Shown: positions 8,566-18,257, numbered from the stretch's first letter. The stretch: 40,909 nucleotides of DNA from Planctomycetota bacterium (GCA_045863855.1 BTVV01000048.1:1-40909), one strand, 5' to 3'. Numbers and translations: made by a program. The notes: generated by a model from the letters alone, not told the origin.

Positions 8566-9687
8566 TCACTCGGCACGTACGGTCCAGGATTGGGAAGGTC
8601 GCCGCACGCGTTCGGCTTCGAGGGCGGCTCGGTCCACGAAGGGCGGCGGCGTCCAGGTGTCCGGGGCGCGTTCGAGCGCTTCCGGGGGAATCGCATAGCC
8701 TCGCGCTATGAGCAACACCGATATTTCGCCCAGCACGCGGCGCGGCGTGAGCGGCGACATACAGACCAAGTGCGCGCAGTTCTGGCGCGTGTGCCGGCAG
8801 GGCGAACAGTCCGGCCGCACCGAGAGGTTCCTCATTCGGTCGTAGCCTGAATGTTCCGGCCAGAGCGTCCCGCCAAAGATCGTGACGCACGGCGCTTCAA
8901 CCGCTCGAGCGACATGCATCAACCCGCCTTCCTGGGTCAGGAACGCGTCGCAGGCCGCCAGGATACTCGCCGCTTCGCGCAGGCCGACGCGGAGGTTTCG
9001 CACGGGTGTGCGCGCCGGCCCGAAGACGAGTTCTTCGTCGCCGCTGATCTGCAAGAGGTCGCAGTGGGGCGCCAGCGCCTCGGCCAGCGCCGCGTAATTC
9101 GCATATCCCCATTCGCGGTTGTGCGTCGGGCGCGTTTTCCCGCCGCTGATCAGCACCACCGCCGGGCGGCCGGCGCGTTTGCCCAGCAACTCGCGCCCCC
9201 GCGCGCGCTCGGCATCGCTCAGGAATAGCTCGGGATGGCGCCCGTCGAGCGGCGGACGCGCCGCGGGGACGGCGCCGCGTTCGGCCAGTTCGCTCCAGAG
9301 GCGCGCCCAGAGCATCTCGACGTAGTGTTCCTGGTCCGATTCCTGGAGTTCGTAGCCTACGCGCACCGTCGCGGCGGTGCGCAGGACATGCCAAGTACGG
9401 TTCTCGTCGATGTACGGATTGTTCAGAAAGAGTTCCGGCTGCTGCGTGGCGACGGCAATGCGAAAATCGGGGAGATGCTTTCTCAGGGCTCGGACGAGCG
9501 GCGTGAGCATGAGGAGATCGCCCAGCGCAGCGCGATGCTTAAGCAGGACGACGCGCTTGGTTCCGCTCAGCGCCCGCCACGCGGCTCCGGGAAGTTCGGC
9601 CAGCATTCGGCCGGGGTGCGTGCAAAACATACGTGCGCGCTCCCATGTTTCCACAAGCTCTAGGAAGGCGCCCTTTCGCACGGACAT
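8566..9687 (-). CDS. Glycosyltransferase family 9 (heptosyltransferase-like)
   Basis: AALGDLLMLTP, ELFLNNPYID, LREAASILAACDAFLTQEGGLMHVARAV, CSPC...C...CM. Start moved to MSVRK (9687) to avoid overlapping the divergent gene. Confidence 0.85.
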   Translation of the reverse strand: MSVRKGAFLELVETWERARMFCTHPGRMLAELPGAAWRALSGTKRVVLLKHRAALGDLLMLTPLVRALRKHLPDFRIAVATQQPELFLNNPYIDENRTWHVLRTAATVRVGYELQESDQEHYVEMLWARLWSELAERGAVPAARPPLDGRHPELFLSDAERARGRELLGKRAGRPAVVLISGGKTRPTHNREWGYANYAALAEALAPHCDLLQISGDEELVFGPARTPVRNLRVGLREAASILAACDAFLTQEGGLMHVARAVEAPCVTIFGGTLWPEHSGYDRMRNLSVRPDCSPCRHTRQNCAHLVCMSPLTPRRVLGEISVLLIARGYAIPPEALERAPDTWTPPPFVDRAALEAERVRRPSQSWTVRAE

Positions 9688-9770
9688 CCGTGCCCGCTTG
9701 GACTGGCGCTCGAATGCAGGCAGTTTAGGGTGTTGGGGAGTCTTTGCCAACGCCAACGGAAAGGACCGTG

Positions 9771-11186
9771 ATGTCCGCCCCCAAACTCGCCGTCTTCGGC
9801 CTCGATTGCGCCGAGCCGTCCCTCGTCTTCGACCGCTTTGCCACCGACTTGCCCACACTCACCGGTTTACGAAACAGCGGCCTGTGGGGCAAGCTGCGCA
9901 GTTGCGATCCGCCGATCACTTGCCCGGCCTGGATGGTGATGGTGACCGGGCGCACGCCGGGCGAACTGGGCATCTACGGGTTCCGCAACCGCGCCGACCG
10001 CAGCTACACCGGCTTGAACCTCGCCACGAGCACCTCGATCAGGACCGATACGGTCTGGGATGTCGCGGGGCGCGCGGGGAAGAACTGCATCAGCTTCGCG
10101 GTGCCGCTCACGTTTCCGGTCAAGCCCATCCGCGGCTGCCAGATTTCCTGCTGGCTCACCCCGGGCAACGAGAGCAACTTCGCGTATCCGCCCGAGCTGA
10201 AAGCCGAGATCAACCGTGTGATCGGGCCGTATCGGCCCGACGTGAAGTTCCGCGTCGAGGACAAGGAAAAGCTCTACGCCGACCTGAACGAGACGACCGA
10301 CAACCATTTCGCGATCGCGCAGCATCTGCTCAAGACCAAGCCCTGGGACTTTTTCATGATGGTCGAGATGGGCACCGACCGCATTCACCATGCCTTCTGG
10401 AAGTACTTCGACGAAACGCATCCGCGGCATCCGAAGGGCAATCCGCAGCAAGGCTGGATGCGCGAATACTACAAGAAGATCGACGCGCAATTGGCGCGGC
10501 ATATCGAGCTGCTGCCCGACGACACGTGGATCGCCGTCGTGAGCGACCACGGCATCAAGGGCATGATCGGCGGAATCTTCTTCAACGAGTGGCTGGCCAA
10601 CGAAGGCTACCTGACCTTGAAAGAGCGCGCGCCGCAGAAGGAACAGATCGGGAAGGCGAAGATCGACTGGAGCAAAACGAAGGCCTGGGGCGACGGCGGG
10701 TACTACGGGCGGCTGTTCCTGAATGTGCGCGGGCGCGAGCCCGAAGGAATCGTGGCGCCGGAGGAGGTCGAAGGGCTGCGCCGCGAACTGAAGGATAAGC
10801 TCGAGGCGCTGGCCGACGAGCAGGGCAAGCCCATCGGCACGCGGGTGCTCTATCCGGAAAAGATTTATCCGAAGGTGGAAGGCTTTGCGCCGGACCTGAT
10901 CGTTTACTTCGGCGATCTGGCTTGGCGCAGCATGGGCACCATCGGCGGGCCGGACACGACCATTTACACCTACGAGAACGACACCGGCCCCGACGACGCC
11001 AACCACGCGCCCGACGGGATGCTGATCCTGACGAACAAGCGGCGCTTCAAAAGCGGGCAGACCGGTCCCGGCGAGCGGCAAGGCATGCAGATTCACGACT
11101 GTGCGAAGACGTATCTGAAGTTGCTGGGCGTGGAGCCGTCGATGCAGATCGGGGGACATTCGATCGACTTGTCGGGGTTGGGGTGA
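9771..11186 (+). CDS. Alkaline phosphatase superfamily protein (type I phosphodiesterase/nucleotide pyrophosphatase-like)
   Basis: GLDCA, PPITCPAW (Thr nucleophile region), TDRIHHAFW, VSDHG, DANHAPDG; AAGGA RBS before ATG 9771. Confidence 0.88.
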   Translation: MSAPKLAVFGLDCAEPSLVFDRFATDLPTLTGLRNSGLWGKLRSCDPPITCPAWMVMVTGRTPGELGIYGFRNRADRSYTGLNLATSTSIRTDTVWDVAGRAGKNCISFAVPLTFPVKPIRGCQISCWLTPGNESNFAYPPELKAEINRVIGPYRPDVKFRVEDKEKLYADLNETTDNHFAIAQHLLKTKPWDFFMMVEMGTDRIHHAFWKYFDETHPRHPKGNPQQGWMREYYKKIDAQLARHIELLPDDTWIAVVSDHGIKGMIGGIFFNEWLANEGYLTLKERAPQKEQIGKAKIDWSKTKAWGDGGYYGRLFLNVRGREPEGIVAPEEVEGLRRELKDKLEALADEQGKPIGTRVLYPEKIYPKVEGFAPDLIVYFGDLAWRSMGTIGGPDTTIYTYENDTGPDDANHAPDGMLILTNKRRFKSGQTGPGERQGMQIHDCAKTYLKLLGVEPSMQIGGHSIDLSGLG

Positions 11187-11221
11187 GCGGATTTTAGACT
11201 TTGGAATGCGGACTTCGGATT
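11187..11221. repeat. Five degenerate heptamer tandem repeats
   Basis: GCGGATT TTAGACT TTGGAAT GCGGACT TCGGATT immediately after the stop codon. Confidence 0.55.
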
Positions 11222-11270
11222 GGGCTCAACTCAAGCCGTCATGCCCTTCTACGTGGCTCCGCGGTTAACG

Positions 11271-11729
11271 TCACTCTTTCCTTCGATCCGGCTTGAGCGT
11301 CTGGCCATAGCTGAACTCCACCACATTGCCGTCGGGATCCTTGAGGCTGCACAGATACCCGACCACGGCGCCCATATCTTCGGCGGGCCAGTGTAAGAAG
11401 CCGGCGGCTTGCGCGCGGGCGGCGAGGGCGTCGACTTCGGCGCGCGAGGCCATGGCGAATCCGAGGTGATCGAAGAGGCTCGTCGGCCCCGGCGGCTTGG
11501 GGGTTTCGAGGAGCACCACCCAAAAATCGGTGGGCCAGGGCGTTGCATCGCCGGGGGGTCGGCCCAGCCATGCGACTTTGATCGTGCCTTTGCGGTCGGG
11601 CGACGGATCCTCGCGGCGGTGCAGTACGGCCAGCCCGCACCAGTCGCGGTAAAACTCGAGCGAACGCTCCACGTTGGAGCAGCGAATGGCCACATGGGTG
11701 AGCGTGGAAGCGGGCGGCGGAGTGCTCAT
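11271..11729 (-). CDS. VOC/glyoxalase family protein
   Basis: LTHVAIRCSNVERSLEFY, DHLGF, LKDPDGNVVEFSYG; ATGA overlap with the upstream gene. Confidence 0.9.
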   Translation of the reverse strand: MSTPPPASTLTHVAIRCSNVERSLEFYRDWCGLAVLHRREDPSPDRKGTIKVAWLGRPPGDATPWPTDFWVVLLETPKPPGPTSLFDHLGFAMASRAEVDALAARAQAAGFLHWPAEDMGAVVGYLCSLKDPDGNVVEFSYGQTLKPDRRKE

Positions 11730-13852
11730 CGACGCGACGTGGCCTCCAGCAGTTTGCGCAAGCTCGCCGCATCGGGCGCGGAGAGCGCGGCCTTGCCGCC
11801 CACTATAACGTAGACGCCCGCCGGATCGCCAGCCTTGCGCGGCGGCAAGCCGAAGCGCACGCGCAGCGCGTCCTGTTCACCGATGGAGAAATCGACCGTC
11901 AGCCGCTGCGGAACGTACAGCGCTTGCGCGGCTGCGCGCATGGCAATCAGGCCGGCGTCGTCCGGCGAGCCGTCCAGCAGCACTGTCACGAAGCCGCGTT
12001 CGGCCGCATCGGCCGCGCGCCACAGCGCCGGTCCGGCGCCGGCCAGGACAGCCATACGCCCGCGGAAGGCGCCGAGCGTCTGGGCGGCTCGCTCGGCGTA
12101 CGGCTTGCCCGCGTCGCCCAGGAGCGCGGCGAGGCGCAACTGTGCCAGCGCGGCCAGCGCGTTCTCGCTGGGGCCTGGCGTATCTTGGAAGGCGATCAGC
12201 TTGTCCTTCAACCGCCCAAGCGCGGGCGGTGCGCCGGGCATTTCGTACGCGCGGTCGTTGTACGCGCCGTCCTCGGCACGATAGCGCGCATCGAGGCGCG
12301 CGAGCGCTTCCCGCGCCGCGCTGAGGTACTCCGCGCGGCCCGAGGCGAGCGCCGCGTCGATGCACGCGCAAGCGAGCGCCGCTTCGTCGCGGGCCAAGTA
12401 GGGAAAATCGGCCGGTTTACCGGCCTCCAGGAAGTGCGCCGCGCCGTGCTGGGCATCGAGACCATCGGCGAGGATGCGGTCGAGGGCCTTCAGCGCGAGG
12501 CCGCGCACGGCCGGCAGGTTCCACGCATCGGCGGCGGCGAGACAGGCGCTGACCGCGCGTGCGTTGGCGTCCACCAGGATCGTACGGTCGGTCTCCGGCC
12601 GCGCGCGCGAGGCGCGGGCCTTGCGCAAGGCGTCCAGTCCGCGCGCCAGCGCCGCCGGAGCTTCGTTCGCGTCCAGTTCGGCCTTGCGCGCGGCTTCGGC
12701 CAGCGGGCGCGCTTCGAAGAGCACGTTCTTGTACGGATGCGTAAGCGGCAGATCGCCGCGTTCCTGGATATCGAAGTACGCCTCCAGCAGCGCGCGCGTG
12801 CGCGCGTCGGGCACCGCGGCTTCGAATTCGCCGATCGTCCAGGTGTAGCAGGCTTCGTCCGCGCCGCTTTGCGCCGCGTAAAAGCCGCCACGCGCGCGGT
12901 CGGACATCTCTTCGTCCAGCCAGCGCAGGATGCCTTCGCCTGCGCCGCGGTAGCGCGCTTCGCCCGTGGCCTGCCATGCGTGCACGCACAGCAGGAGCAT
13001 CTCGGCGTTGAGATCGAGAAGCTTTTCGAAGGCCGGTACGCGCCAGAAGCGGTCGCGCGCGTGGCGGTGAAAGCCGCCGCCCAAGCGGTCGTGAAAACCG
13101 CCGGCGAGCATCGCGTCGAGCGTGAGGGTGACGCAGGCAAGGCTTTCTTTTTCTCCGCTGCGCGCGTGATGAAGGAGAGCGAGTTCCAGGACGCCCGGGG
13201 GCGGAAACTTCGGACCGGGAGCCTGCGGCCCGAAGCCGCCGCCGAGCGGATCGAGCGCGCCACGCATGCGCACGGCGATCGCATCGAGATCCGGATCGCC
13301 CGCGGGCTTTTGCGCCTCCTCGGCGCCGGCGCCGCGCAGGCTCTCGTCCAGCGCCGCGGCGTCGCGCTGGAGGCCTTCGGCGTTCTCGCGCCATGCGCGC
13401 GTCGCGCCAAGCAGGACGTTGCGCAAGCCGGGGCGCGATTCGAGGTAATCGTCCTCGAGCCGGAAGGCCGTCCCGCCGAAGTACGGCAAGCCTTCCGGCG
13501 TCAGGACCAATACCAGCGGCCAGCCCGACTGCCCGCTCAGTCCGCGCACGGCTTCCTGATAACGCCGCGCCACATCCGGCCGTCGCGCGGCTTCGACGCG
13601 CAGAGGTATGAAGAGTTCGTTCAGCATCGCCGCCACTTCGCGGTCGGTGAAGACTTCGCGGTCCATGCGGCGGCTGGCGGGGCTCCATTCGGAGGCAATG
13701 TAAAGGAAGATCGGGCGTTTGAGCCGCGTGGCGTCGAGGAGCGTGGCGGGTTCCCACGGGCGCCAAGCCACCGGGCCGGTTTCGCCCGCGCCGAGGCTGC
13801 CCGGCGCCAGTCCCGCGCAGAGCCACCCGGCAAAGAGAATCGCAAACCGCAT
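11726..13852 (-). CDS. YyaL/SSP411-like protein (DUF255 thioredoxin domain plus alpha/alpha toroid), exported
   Basis: PVAWRPW, GWPLVLVLTPEGLPYFGGT, PKFP, DRLGGGFHR, W.VP.FEK, GGFY; signal peptide from M at 13852. Confidence 0.85.
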   Translation of the reverse strand: MRFAILFAGWLCAGLAPGSLGAGETGPVAWRPWEPATLLDATRLKRPIFLYIASEWSPASRRMDREVFTDREVAAMLNELFIPLRVEAARRPDVARRYQEAVRGLSGQSGWPLVLVLTPEGLPYFGGTAFRLEDDYLESRPGLRNVLLGATRAWRENAEGLQRDAAALDESLRGAGAEEAQKPAGDPDLDAIAVRMRGALDPLGGGFGPQAPGPKFPPPGVLELALLHHARSGEKESLACVTLTLDAMLAGGFHDRLGGGFHRHARDRFWRVPAFEKLLDLNAEMLLLCVHAWQATGEARYRGAGEGILRWLDEEMSDRARGGFYAAQSGADEACYTWTIGEFEAAVPDARTRALLEAYFDIQERGDLPLTHPYKNVLFEARPLAEAARKAELDANEAPAALARGLDALRKARASRARPETDRTILVDANARAVSACLAAADAWNLPAVRGLALKALDRILADGLDAQHGAAHFLEAGKPADFPYLARDEAALACACIDAALASGRAEYLSAAREALARLDARYRAEDGAYNDRAYEMPGAPPALGRLKDKLIAFQDTPGPSENALAALAQLRLAALLGDAGKPYAERAAQTLGAFRGRMAVLAGAGPALWRAADAAERGFVTVLLDGSPDDAGLIAMRAAAQALYVPQRLTVDFSIGEQDALRVRFGLPPRKAGDPAGVYVIVGGKAALSAPDAASLRKLLEATSRR

Positions 13853-14076
13853 GGTTCCTACTTTACGCGTTTCGCCCCGGCTGTCATTCGCCGGTATCAC
13901 GGAGGAGACGACATGCATGAAGCGAGCCTTCATGCAGAATCGGCGAGCGGCGTCTTTGCTTGCCGGAAAAGCGCGGCGTGGGATAAGTGACCGAAATCCG
14001 CCAGCGTTCGCGTGCACGTTTACTCGCGCTTCGTAGTGCCTTCGTGCAACGCTTACGCACGACGAAAGGAAATTTC

Positions 14077-15582
14077 ATGGCCGGCTCGCTTCGACTTCCC
14101 GTGGTCAAACTCGATGCGTCCCTGCGCGCCGACGCGCTGCTGGTACCGGTGCGCACGCCGCAAGGCCGCCCCAAGCTGCCCACATTGCGCGGGCTGGCGA
14201 CCGGCGCGCACGCGCGCTTGAAGGAACTGCAGGCACAGTACTTCGGCGGAAAGGAAGCCGGCGCGGTCGACGCAACGGTGGGCGGGAGCGGCGCGCCGAT
14301 CAAGCGTCTGGCGCTGGTGAGCTTGGGCGTAGACGGCACGATTTCCGCCGGCGACGTGCGGATGGCGGCGGCTAAGGCGTTCAAGTGGTGCGAAGCGCAC
14401 CGCTGCACGCGCGTCGCGGTGGCCTGGGACGCGCTGCGCGAAGCCGCCGGCGACGAGGCCGCGCAGGCGTTTGCCGAAGGGCTGGCGCTGGCGAGCTTCC
14501 GGTACGACGAACGCAAAGCGAAGAAGCCGAACGCGCGGCACGTCGAACAGGCCGCCTTTGCCGTATCGCGCGCCGACGGGCGGCTGAAGGCGGCACTCGA
14601 GCGCGGACTGCGCATTTCCGAGAGCGTGAACCTGACGCGCTTCCTGGGCCACGAGCCGCCCAACGTGATCAATCCGGTGACGCTGGCCGACCGTGTGCGG
14701 CAGATCGCGCGCAAGGCGAAGCTCAAGTTCGGCGTGCTGGACGACCGGCGCATCCGCGAACTGAAGATGGGCGCGCTGTGGGCCGTCGGGAAGGGCTCGG
14801 CCAGCAAGCCGCGCCTGATCACACTGGAGTATCCCGGCCGCCAGCCGAACGCGAAGCCGATCGTGCTCGTCGGCAAGGCCATCACGCTCGACAGCGGCGG
14901 CTATTCGCTCAAGCCGGCCGCCAGCATCCCCGAAATGAAGTACGACAAGATGGGCGGGATGACGGTGATCGGCGTCTTGCAAGCGTGCGCGGCGCTGAAG
15001 GTGAAGGCGCGCGTGGTGGGCGTGATCCCCAGCGCCGAGAACCTGATCAGCGGCGAAGCGTACCGCCCCGGCGACATCCTGACCGCGATGAACGGAAAGA
15101 CCATCGAGGTGGACAACACCGATGCCGAAGGGCGGTTGATTCTCGCCGATGCGCTGCACTACGCGGTCGAGACCTACCGGCCCGCGGCGATGATCGACCT
15201 CGCGACGCTCACCGGCGCGGTAGTTGTCGCGCTGGGCACGCACGCGACGGGGTTGTTCGCCAGCGACGACGCGCTGGCCGCGGCGCTGACGGCCTCCGGC
15301 GAACGGACCGGCGACCGGCTCTGGCGCATGCCGCTGTGGAAAGAGTACCGCAAGCAGATCGACAGCAGCGAAGCGGACCTGAAAAATACCGGCGGGCGCG
15401 AAGGCGGAAGCTGCACGGCGGCGGTCTTCCTTCAGGAGTTCGTGGGCACGTCGACGCCCTGGGCGCACCTGGATATCGCCGGGACGGCGATGATCGGGAA
15501 GGGCACGCCGCTGCATCCGCCCGGCGCGACGGGTGCGTGCGTACGCCTGCTGATCGATTACATCGAAGCGCAGGCGCGCTAA
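14077..15582 (+). CDS. pepA: Leucyl aminopeptidase (M17)
   Basis: LVGKAITLDSGG, MKYDKMG, NTDAEGRLILADAL, DLATLTGA, WAHLDIAG; AAGGA RBS before ATG 14077. Confidence 0.93.
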   Translation: MAGSLRLPVVKLDASLRADALLVPVRTPQGRPKLPTLRGLATGAHARLKELQAQYFGGKEAGAVDATVGGSGAPIKRLALVSLGVDGTISAGDVRMAAAKAFKWCEAHRCTRVAVAWDALREAAGDEAAQAFAEGLALASFRYDERKAKKPNARHVEQAAFAVSRADGRLKAALERGLRISESVNLTRFLGHEPPNVINPVTLADRVRQIARKAKLKFGVLDDRRIRELKMGALWAVGKGSASKPRLITLEYPGRQPNAKPIVLVGKAITLDSGGYSLKPAASIPEMKYDKMGGMTVIGVLQACAALKVKARVVGVIPSAENLISGEAYRPGDILTAMNGKTIEVDNTDAEGRLILADALHYAVETYRPAAMIDLATLTGAVVVALGTHATGLFASDDALAAALTASGERTGDRLWRMPLWKEYRKQIDSSEADLKNTGGREGGSCTAAVFLQEFVGTSTPWAHLDIAGTAMIGKGTPLHPPGATGACVRLLIDYIEAQAR

Positions 15583-15594
15583 GTCAACAACCGG

Positions 15595-17301
15595 TCAGCG
15601 CCGGTCGAGTTGCGCGCCGCTGTCGCGGCGGACCTGTCCCGCGATCTTGCAGCGCAGCAACGTCACGCGCGAACGGTCGGCGGCGGTGACGTCGCCTTCG
15701 ATCGTGCAGTCTTCCAGCACGATTTTGGCTTCGTTGTGCGCGACAATGGACGTCTTGATCGTCGATTGCTTCACGGTCAGGCTGGCGCGGTCACGCGCGC
15801 CCAGGTACCCGCCGGTGCCGTCGCACGTCGAGCCGCTCACTTCGATCTTCGCGTCGCCGAAGGCCAGCGCTTCTCCGAAGGTGCTCGATTTGACGTTCAG
15901 CGCGGCAGCGCCGGTGGCGTAGAGGTTCCAGGTTTCGACGCGCGTGCCGTTAAGATCCAGGCGCGTGGCGCCGCACTGGACGGGCTTGGCGTCGTACAGC
16001 GTCCCGTTGCCGAGTCCTTCGACGAGGCTCGCGCCGGGGCCCACAGCCATGAAGCTGGCGGTGCGCAGTTCGGCCTTGGGCACGCTGACCTGACAGCCCT
16101 CGTTGGCGACGAGCCCCCACTGGATTTCCGCGCTGCTTTTGATCTCGACGTCGTGGCCGAGGGCTTTGGGCGCGGCCCAGATCAGGAGGTACGCGCCGTT
16201 AGGAAGCTCCAGCGCGCCGCGCGCCGCGGCGGCAAGATGAAACCAGAGCAGCACTTTTTTCGAGTCGGTGAGGCGCACGCGCGCGCCGGGGGAGATGACC
16301 ATTTCGCCGGGCTGCTCGACGCCCTCGTAGCGCACGTCGCTTCCGGTCTCGGCGGTCACGGTCACATTGCCCTGTGGGAACGAGCACTTCTCGGCGCTCC
16401 ACGCACCGCCCGGCTTGACGACCAGATCCCACGGCCGGGCGAGAGAGAAGCTGCTGCGCAGGGCTTCCAGCCGCGCCTTGTCGGAAACCAGCGCGCCGAA
16501 CTGGTACGGATGCGCGCTAGGCACCTCGACGAGCGTGTCCTCGATGCGCACGCGCGCGCCGGGCATCAACTTGAGTTTTCCGGTGAGCCGGAAGCGCCGC
16601 GAACGGACGGTGAGCGAGGCGTTGGCTTCGACGACGAGGTCACCTTCCAGCGCCATGGGCGTTTCCCAGACGGTATCCTGCTTAACCGTGAAGCCGCCGC
16701 GGCGCAGGGCCAGCGGTCCGCGCGCGACGGTCAGATTGTCGAGCAGCAGGATGTTGTCGACTTCCTTGCCGCCGAAGAGGCCCAACGCGTCGAGCATGTT
16801 CAAGCCGGTGCTGAGCCTGGATGGTTCGAGCGCCTCCTTCTTGACCGGCGAGTCGTCGCTGAGTTTGAAATCCTGCGGGCGGATCTGCACGCGCTTCCAG
16901 ACCTTGGGGGCGAGTTCCAGCGGATAGTGAAACTTCGCGCCGTCGAGGTCGGTGACGGCGAGCGCGATGAGCGCTTTCTCGTCGGAGCGCACGTCGAACT
17001 CGATGCCCTGGAGATCGTTCAGCAGAATCGGCGCGTGCAGAATGGGGAAGACGAGGGGCTTACGCAAGTACTCGAAGCGCAGCGCGCCCGATCCGGTTCG
17101 CGCGGAACCGGGGCCGTCGTCGCGCAGGACGCGTGGCGGCGCGTAGCCTTTGCCTTGAGGCGGATAGACCAGCGCGGCGAACGGGCCGATACCCTGTTCG
17201 AAATCGAAGACGCTGACGTCCGGCGCCTGCTGCGCATGCAGCGCCGCCGCCGCGCACCACCCGATCATGCTCGCCAGCACCGTTCGCTTGCCGCCCCGCA
17301 T
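15595..17301 (-). CDS. Exported protein: CBM11/CIA30-like N-terminal domain plus beta-solenoid C-terminal region
   Basis: Signal peptide ending ALHA-QQ; FDFEQG, GSGALRFEY, DLDGAKF, WKRVQI, LLDNL; C-terminus of repeated beta-strand units; GAGG upstream. The 5' part of the 730-aa ORF overlaps the sigma gene and was dropped. Confidence 0.55.
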   Translation of the reverse strand: MRGGKRTVLASMIGWCAAAALHAQQAPDVSVFDFEQGIGPFAALVYPPQGKGYAPPRVLRDDGPGSARTGSGALRFEYLRKPLVFPILHAPILLNDLQGIEFDVRSDEKALIALAVTDLDGAKFHYPLELAPKVWKRVQIRPQDFKLSDDSPVKKEALEPSRLSTGLNMLDALGLFGGKEVDNILLLDNLTVARGPLALRRGGFTVKQDTVWETPMALEGDLVVEANASLTVRSRRFRLTGKLKLMPGARVRIEDTLVEVPSAHPYQFGALVSDKARLEALRSSFSLARPWDLVVKPGGAWSAEKCSFPQGNVTVTAETGSDVRYEGVEQPGEMVISPGARVRLTDSKKVLLWFHLAAAARGALELPNGAYLLIWAAPKALGHDVEIKSSAEIQWGLVANEGCQVSVPKAELRTASFMAVGPGASLVEGLGNGTLYDAKPVQCGATRLDLNGTRVETWNLYATGAAALNVKSSTFGEALAFGDAKIEVSGSTCDGTGGYLGARDRASLTVKQSTIKTSIVAHNEAKIVLEDCTIEGDVTAADRSRVTLLRCKIAGQVRRDSGAQLDRR

Positions 17302-17402
17302 GCGCCACCTCGCTCTCTCTAATATGGAACGCGGGATGCGTCCGATTTGCGGCGGCCGGAAGTGTAGGAAGTTGCCGCTGGGGGTGCGGTATATTTCCAC
17401 AA

Positions 17403-17437
17403 GCGTTGCCTGAAGCGACGCGCACGTCGGGCAACGC
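17403..17437 (-). terminator. Stem-loop just downstream of the sigma pair (possible terminator or stability hairpin)
   Basis: GCGTTGCC/GGCAACGC outer stem and CGACG/CGTCG inner stem; no convincing U tract. Confidence 0.3.
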
Positions 17438-17444
17438 GCGGAAA

Positions 17445-18257
17445 TCACTCTTTGATGAAGCGGCGAAGCGACTCGCGCAGCATCGCCTTGCCGCGCATCA
17501 GGCGTTTGTCGACGGCGGCGAGCGATATGCCCAACAGCGCGCCGATCTCGTCGTAGCTGCGCCCGTCGATGTACTTCAGGACGAGAATTTCGCGGTAGAT
17601 TTCGGGGAGCTGATTGAGCGCTTCGCGGATCTGGTGGCCGCGTTCGCGCTTGTCCATCGGCGCGCTGGGATCTTCGTGCGGCTCGATGGACTTCTCTTCG
17701 TCCTTCTTGACCTCGATGGCTTGGCGGTGCATGCGCTTGCGGCGCAGTACGTAGATAGCGCGCAAGCGCGTGATCCCGTACAGCCAATTGCCGAACTTGT
17801 TCCGCTCGCGCAGGGTGTGCAGCATCTTAGCGGCTTCGAGAAACGCATCCTGCGCCACGTCGCGCGCGGTATCGGCGTCGCCCAGAAGCGAGTACGCCAC
17901 GCCGACGACCAAGTTGAAGTAGCGTTCCATCAGGACATCGAAGGCGCCGGGAATCCCGCGCTCGACCTGCAGGACCAGTTCTTCGTCGGTGGGTCCGGCG
18001 ACCTTGGCCAGCCGCTGGCTCTCGCGCGGCGAAAGCCGAATCGCGGCCTCTTCCTGCGCGACTTCGCGGATCAGGACGTGCGCGGTGGCCAGTTCGACCA
18101 AGCGCCGCGCGTCGGGCAGTTCGGCCAGAAGGGCCGTGAGCGCGCCGGGTTCGCGCGCCTCGCCGGCTTCGGTCTCAGGCGCGCCGTCCAGTCCGGCCGG
18201 ATCGAGCCAGCGCCAGAGCGCGCGGTCGAGGGATTCGGGCGAGAGCGCGGCGCTCAT
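17445..18257 (-). CDS. ECF sigma-70 factor with an N-terminal extension of about 85 aa
   Basis: TDEELV, AFDVLMERY, ARDVAQDAFL, FGNWLYGIT, LNQLPEIYREILVLKYIDGRSYDEIG, RLMRGKAML; ATG at 18257 overlaps the upstream stop (ATGA). Confidence 0.9.
   Translation of the reverse strand: MSAALSPESLDRALWRWLDPAGLDGAPETEAGEAREPGALTALLAELPDARRLVELATAHVLIREVAQEEAAIRLSPRESQRLAKVAGPTDEELVLQVERGIPGAFDVLMERYFNLVVGVAYSLLGDADTARDVAQDAFLEAAKMLHTLRERNKFGNWLYGITRLRAIYVLRRKRMHRQAIEVKKDEEKSIEPHEDPSAPMDKRERGHQIREALNQLPEIYREILVLKYIDGRSYDEIGALLGISLAAVDKRLMRGKAMLRESLRRFIKE

Noticed and set aside
11249..11268. REP-like CTACGTGGCTCCGCGGTTAA
   Set aside because: Single degenerate copy; cannot be supported from this window.
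11924..13900. 688-aa plus-strand ORF and similar long antisense ORFs (e.g. 15610-17322, 31000-32403, 34181-35464)
   Set aside because: Shadow frames opposite well-supported genes, as expected in high-GC DNA; no motifs.
13913..13990. MHEASL similarity to the HypA N-terminus
   Set aside because: Only 25 aa, no CxxC pairs and no hydrogenase context.
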